The notes under the pieces are model-generated. The model was not told the DNA's origin and did no database searches. It was given only the letters and a program-made list of their open reading frames with translations. Below are positions 49,833 through 53,728 of a stretch of 53,728 bases of DNA, in pieces (positions within the stretch are counted from its first letter, which is position 1; the number at the start of each line of letters is the position of its first letter). This stretch comes from Thermomicrobium sp. (GTDB taxonomy: Bacteria; Chloroflexota; Chloroflexia; Thermomicrobiales; Thermomicrobiaceae), in assembly GCA_034435855.1 (NCBI GenBank), contig DAOTWO010000347.1, positions 1-53,728 of the forward strand. Direction: 5' to 3'. Both the position numbers and the translations under genes were made by a program.

Positions 49833-51053
49833 ATGAACCTTGTCGTGGATACCGTGCGTCAACCGCGCCACCTTCGCCTGGTCACTCTCGGGCTCAGTAT
49901 CCTCGCGCTCCTCACAACCCTTTTCTGGCTCGCGAACCGTGGTGAGCAATGGACGCTTGGCAGCTGGACCGAGCAGCCAAAAACAACAAAGCCCATTGTC
50001 CTAGCCCAGACGAACTCCACATTCATTGCCATCAATCCGTACACCGGGACCGTCGTATCCCAACATCCAGGGAGCGCCGCCCTCTTAGCTGCCACTGCCA
50101 ATGGCCAGCAGGTGGTCGCTGCGACCGACGATGCACTCATTGTCTACCGGCTCCCCGACTGGGCAGTCGCCTATCGTTTGCCTCTCGATAACCAACTCCC
50201 GAACCTGCACCAACTTGCGACCTACCACCCTGATTTGCCACGGGCCAAGCCACGGCCGGTCACCTTGGAAGTTGATCCCACTGGACGCTACGCCGCTGTC
50301 GGTTTCGTCTCCATGGGCGAGCACCCTGATCCAGCCTTTCTGGACACTCCCCCTTGGATCCTCTGGGTCACTGCCATCGACCTGCAGCAAGGCGCTTGGT
50401 TGCCTTGGATTCACCCCCTTCCTGGCACCGACTGGATCTACATCGTCCCAACTCCCGAAAAGCTGTTCCTCGCCGGTAGCCCCATTGCCGCCACGTCCCA
50501 ACCGCTCTCTCCTGGGACGCTCTTCGCGCTCGATCCGACTACCGGCCAGGTGCAGGGCCAGTTGGCACTTCCTGCGGTTTCGCCAGCGCATTTCTCTGCC
50601 GCTGAAGGGGGACGTCACCCCCGCGTCGCCGCAGTCCGTTCCTTCGGTGACCAGCTGCTGGTCGCCACTGAGCAGCTTGAGGTGTTCGTTGTCGATCCAG
50701 GCACGCTCCAGGTGACCCGTCAAGTCGCTCCGCTCAGCCCTACCATCCTGGTCCGGGGCCCACAGGTGTGGTTGACGACTGAGCGTCTCGTCGCGCTGAC
50801 ACAGACCTCTGAGTTGATCCAAGCCGACCTCGTCAGTGGGCAAATTGTCGCCCGCCGTTCCCTCCCAACAGACTGGACAGCCGAGCTCGTCACCTTCCTG
50901 CCTGACGAGCACGTTGCGCTGTTGCTCCTCTCCAATGGCCTTCCTGGCTGCCTGGTCCGTGTTCCGTTCCAGGGAGAGATCGAGCAGCTCCTCTGTGGTC
51001 TCGACACGAATCTCTACGAGCGCCGGTTTGCTGTGGCCGGAGGGATCGGATGA
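49833..51053 (+). CDS. Membrane-anchored beta-propeller-like protein; candidate amine dehydrogenase large (MauB-like) subunit
   Basis: N-terminal TM; repeated beta-strand/turn units (AINPYTGTV, VDPTGRY, IDLQQG, LDPTTGQV, VDPGTLQV, DLVSGQIV); ATGA overlap with the MauA-like gene; AAGGAG RBS. Confidence 0.65.
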   Translation: MNLVVDTVRQPRHLRLVTLGLSILALLTTLFWLANRGEQWTLGSWTEQPKTTKPIVLAQTNSTFIAINPYTGTVVSQHPGSAALLAATANGQQVVAATDDALIVYRLPDWAVAYRLPLDNQLPNLHQLATYHPDLPRAKPRPVTLEVDPTGRYAAVGFVSMGEHPDPAFLDTPPWILWVTAIDLQQGAWLPWIHPLPGTDWIYIVPTPEKLFLAGSPIAATSQPLSPGTLFALDPTTGQVQGQLALPAVSPAHFSAAEGGRHPRVAAVRSFGDQLLVATEQLEVFVVDPGTLQVTRQVAPLSPTILVRGPQVWLTTERLVALTQTSELIQADLVSGQIVARRSLPTDWTAELVTFLPDEHVALLLLSNGLPGCLVRVPFQGEIEQLLCGLDTNLYERRFAVAGGIG

Positions 51054-51469
51054 CAAGATTGACCCGGCGCACCACCCTGCTCGGTACCATAAGCGCCCTT
51101 GCGACGGCACTTATTAACCTCCTTGTCCCGCCGCTAGCCAGTGCCCAGCTCGGCTGCAGCGATTGGCGTTTCTGTGGTCACTGTGGCTGTCGCTGTACCT
51201 GCCGGGGCGGTGGTGACTCGACCTGTCCGTCCGGAAGCTCACCTGGAGGGGCGTGGTACGTCTGCTGCCGTGATACGCAAGGGCGCTTCTGGCTCGTCCG
51301 CTACCGCGATTGCTGCCGGCCCAGACAGCCAGGTGAGACATCCTGCCCCAGCCCGCTCAGTGACTGCCCCTCCTCTTGTGCTTGCCGAAACGGTTGCCCC
51401 CAACCACACTGGTGCCCAACCGGCTACTGTGCCATCTGTACTCAGACCCAGATTTGGGCAACCTGTTGA
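51050..51469 (+). CDS. Tat-exported Cys-rich protein homologous to the TTQ small subunit of methylamine/aromatic amine dehydrogenase (MauA-like)
   Basis: TRRTTLL...ASA signal; CSDWRFC..G..CTCRGG..STCPSG....AWYVCC.....WLVRYRDCC...HWC...ICT mirrors the MADH light-chain pattern. Confidence 0.82.
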   Translation: MTRLTRRTTLLGTISALATALINLLVPPLASAQLGCSDWRFCGHCGCRCTCRGGGDSTCPSGSSPGGAWYVCCRDTQGRFWLVRYRDCCRPRQPGETSCPSPLSDCPSSCACRNGCPQPHWCPTGYCAICTQTQIWATC

Positions 51470-51666
51470 TCAGGTGTGACCAACGACACTACTCGACCTT
51501 ACCAACGCAGCCCCGTCGAGCTCCACTGGGAAAAACCTCTTTTCGCCCACGTCTACTGCTGTCCTTTCTGCGAGAGGTTGCTCGCGAAGCACCTGGAGCA
51601 ACCGGTGCTGTCTGCTGAGCAAGCTCACGTCCGTCGGAATAGATAGAGCTAGGGAGAACTTTTCCG

Positions 51667-52113
51667 ATGTCGCACTGGCTTGCTCCGAGCGGCACCAGCC
51701 CCGAAAAACGTTCCACTCGGCGCAGCTGAGTGCAGCGTCTGGCTGTCGTATTGCTAGCCATGGGGGCGACCTTCAGCGATCACCTGCCCCTCTCTGCCCA
51801 GGCGAACTGCGGTCAGTGGCACCGGTGCGGGAAGTGTGGCTGCTTGTGCTCTTGCCTTGGCGGGAGCGATACCGCCTGCCCACCAGGAACATCGCCAGGC
51901 GGCGCATGGTGGGTCTGCGGTTACGCGAGTGGCCGTTGGTGGCTCATCCGTTACCTCGACTGCTGTGGTCCGAGGAACGCACGACCAACCTGCCCATCCG
52001 GCTGTTCCTGCAACCAGCGGTGTGGCCAGCCACCGGCCAACCAAAACTGGTGCCCGAACCCAGAAAGCAACGCAGCGTACTGCACCCGCGCCCAGGTCTG
52101 GTCACAGTGTTAG
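51667..52113 (+). pseudogene. Second MauA-like small subunit with an in-frame TGA (51727-51729) inside its Tat signal
   Basis: ATG 51667 after GGGAGA gives MSHW...STRRS*VQRLAVVLL...SAQANCGQWHRC...CPPGT..AWWVC...IRYLDCCG...NWC...YCT. Confidence 0.78.
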
Positions 52114-52154
52114 CGCCGCGTGAGAGCAAGGAAAGACATGACGGGAGGTACTCT

Positions 52155-53456
52155 ATGAAGGCAGTCGTCACACTCACTCCGTCTCGGTGGCCACGTGCAC
52201 GAGGAGCTCTCGCAGTGGTGATCGTGTTGCTGCTGGCTCTCGCAGCACTGCTCTTCCTACGCCCGCTCTCGACCATCCATCGAGCTTCCAGCGGAGCACT
52301 CGAAGCGAGTACTCCGCTCCTCCTCGCACCAGTCGGAGAAGCACCAAGCTCTTCCCTCGCCGTGCAGCACACCGAATTAGTACTCCTCGATGCCCGGACC
52401 GGCACCGCCCGCAACCGTTTCACCTTCTCCGAGCCCAATGAGGTTATCCGCGGCTATCTCCTCCCAGGAGGGCAACAGGCGCTTCTCCTCCGCGCACCGC
52501 TGGAATCGAACGCGACCACATACCCGAGTCTCGAACTATGGCGCGTGAGCGATTGGACAGTCGAGCGTAGCGCGCCTATCACCCCTGACATTCCACCCGT
52601 GCGCATTCTCGCTGCCCAGCATCCCGCAACAGCGGGTCAGACCCCCACTGTCCTTGATGTGGCCAGCGAGCCGACCGGACGCTGGGCGGCGGTCGCCTTT
52701 CGGTCCTTGGCCACTCCATACCCTGACGGCACACGCAGCCAAGTGGTGTAAGTTACCGCGCTCCACCTCCAAACAGGAGAATGGGCACCATGGGCCTATG
52801 CACTTCCCTCAAGCCAAACAGTTTCGCTTCTCGCGCTGTCCGACCAGATCCTTGTGCTAGCCCACAGGCTACGCACTACCACGCACCACACAGTTGCCAA
52901 TCTTGTTTCCCTTGATCCCAGAAACGGGACGGTCCTGGCTGAGCTGCCGCTGGAAAGCTGGTCTGTGCAGGCCAAGCCGCTCGGCGAAAACCCCTCGGGT
53001 CGTCAGAATACCTTCTCCACTGCCCTCACGCCTCAACTCTGGAACAATCGCCTACTGATAGTCACCGATGACCTCGAACTCTTTATCATCGATCCCAGGA
53101 AGCTGCGACTGGTAGAACACCGCCCACCGCTCGCCGATCGCCTCGTTGTCAGCGGTCGCCCGTACCTGATTGGAGACCTCCTCGTTCTTATGGGTCAGTC
53201 GCTCTGGGTTCTCGACGTCAGCAACTGGCGCGTGATGACCACTTTTCCGTTACCAACCATTCCGGAAGGGAACTGGCTACTCGTTGGCGTAGACACTAAG
53301 CAACGCACGGCCTTCCTCATTAACACGAAGGAAGGCTGCTTGCGGAACCTCGACCTTAGCAGCGGAACCCTCAGCGGGTCGTTGCACTGCAACCTCGCGC
53401 TCGATTACCCGGCTCCGCTCTTCGGCTGGCCAGCGTTCATGACGGGCGAGCCGTGA
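52155..53456 (+). pseudogene. Second membrane-anchored beta-propeller paralogue with an in-frame TAA (52749-52751)
   Basis: GGGAGG RBS; N-terminal TM; frame continues after the stop (VTALHLQTGEWAPW vs paralogue VTAIDLQQGAWLPW) and joins ORF 52854-53456. Confidence 0.78.
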
Positions 53457-53728
53457 ACCGCGTGCCCGGTCGCGACACTGCCTCATACATATCACCCCGC
53501 CGCGGGTTGCCAGGGTCAAGCACAGCCTCGTTCGGCTGGGCGCACTCACCTGTCGGGGAGCGTTCGGCACCCCTCCGCCACCAGCGGACTGTGCATTCAG
53601 TCTCTTCTGACGTCGTAGGAGAACGCCTCGGGCCGACCCTGCCGACACGGGTGCTCTCCAAGCACTCTGGCCGCCGATCTCCTCGGGACAGCCTTACTTC
53701 GTGCCTATCCTCCTTGCCTGTCTGATTT

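Noticed and set aside
50085..51110. 341-aa antisense ORF
   Set aside because: The + strand ORF has an RBS, a TM anchor, a paralogue and translational coupling.
51727..51729. Selenocysteine recoding of the in-frame TGA
   Set aside because: It lies in the signal peptide at a hydrophobic Tat position rather than a Cys position, and no clear SECIS hairpin follows.
51050..52113. Cys-rich proteins as RiPP precursors or metallothioneins
   Set aside because: The Cys/Trp/Asp spacing fits the TTQ light chain better, and no RiPP-modifying enzymes are adjacent.
1..53728. CRISPR arrays, IS elements or prophage genes
   Set aside because: No regularly spaced repeats, transposases, integrases or phage genes were recognised.

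Overview
GC-rich bacterial chromosomal window. Gene content, a GAAC-N4-GTTC LexA box and Tat/lipoprotein usage suggest a Thermomicrobium-like Chloroflexota genome (inference). In order, it contains: the 3' part of a 5S rRNA and tRNA-fMet; an IclR/DUF59/amidohydrolase/Zn-ADH module resembling the accessory genes of propane-monooxygenase clusters, but without the monooxygenase; an Fe(III) ABC transporter; a full [NiFe]-hydrogenase maturation operon (hypABC, second HypC-like, hypDE, double-SIS, glutaredoxin-like, hypF) with no structural genes in the window; a decaying array of small membrane proteins; a LexA-controlled recA-like/imuB/dnaE2 mutagenesis cassette; a voltage-gated K+ channel; a frameshifted Rrf2/hemerythrin-DUF2249/membrane operon; assorted enzymes; a bipartite lipoate ligase; an AAA+/VWA pair; and citrate synthase. 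The most striking feature is at 49.8-53.5 kb: two very Cys-rich Tat-exported proteins that align with the tryptophan-tryptophylquinone (TTQ) small subunit of methylamine/aromatic amine dehydrogenase, flanked by two membrane-anchored beta-propeller-like paralogues. The second pair carries nonsense codons. All calls come from motif recognition by eye; no database searches were run.
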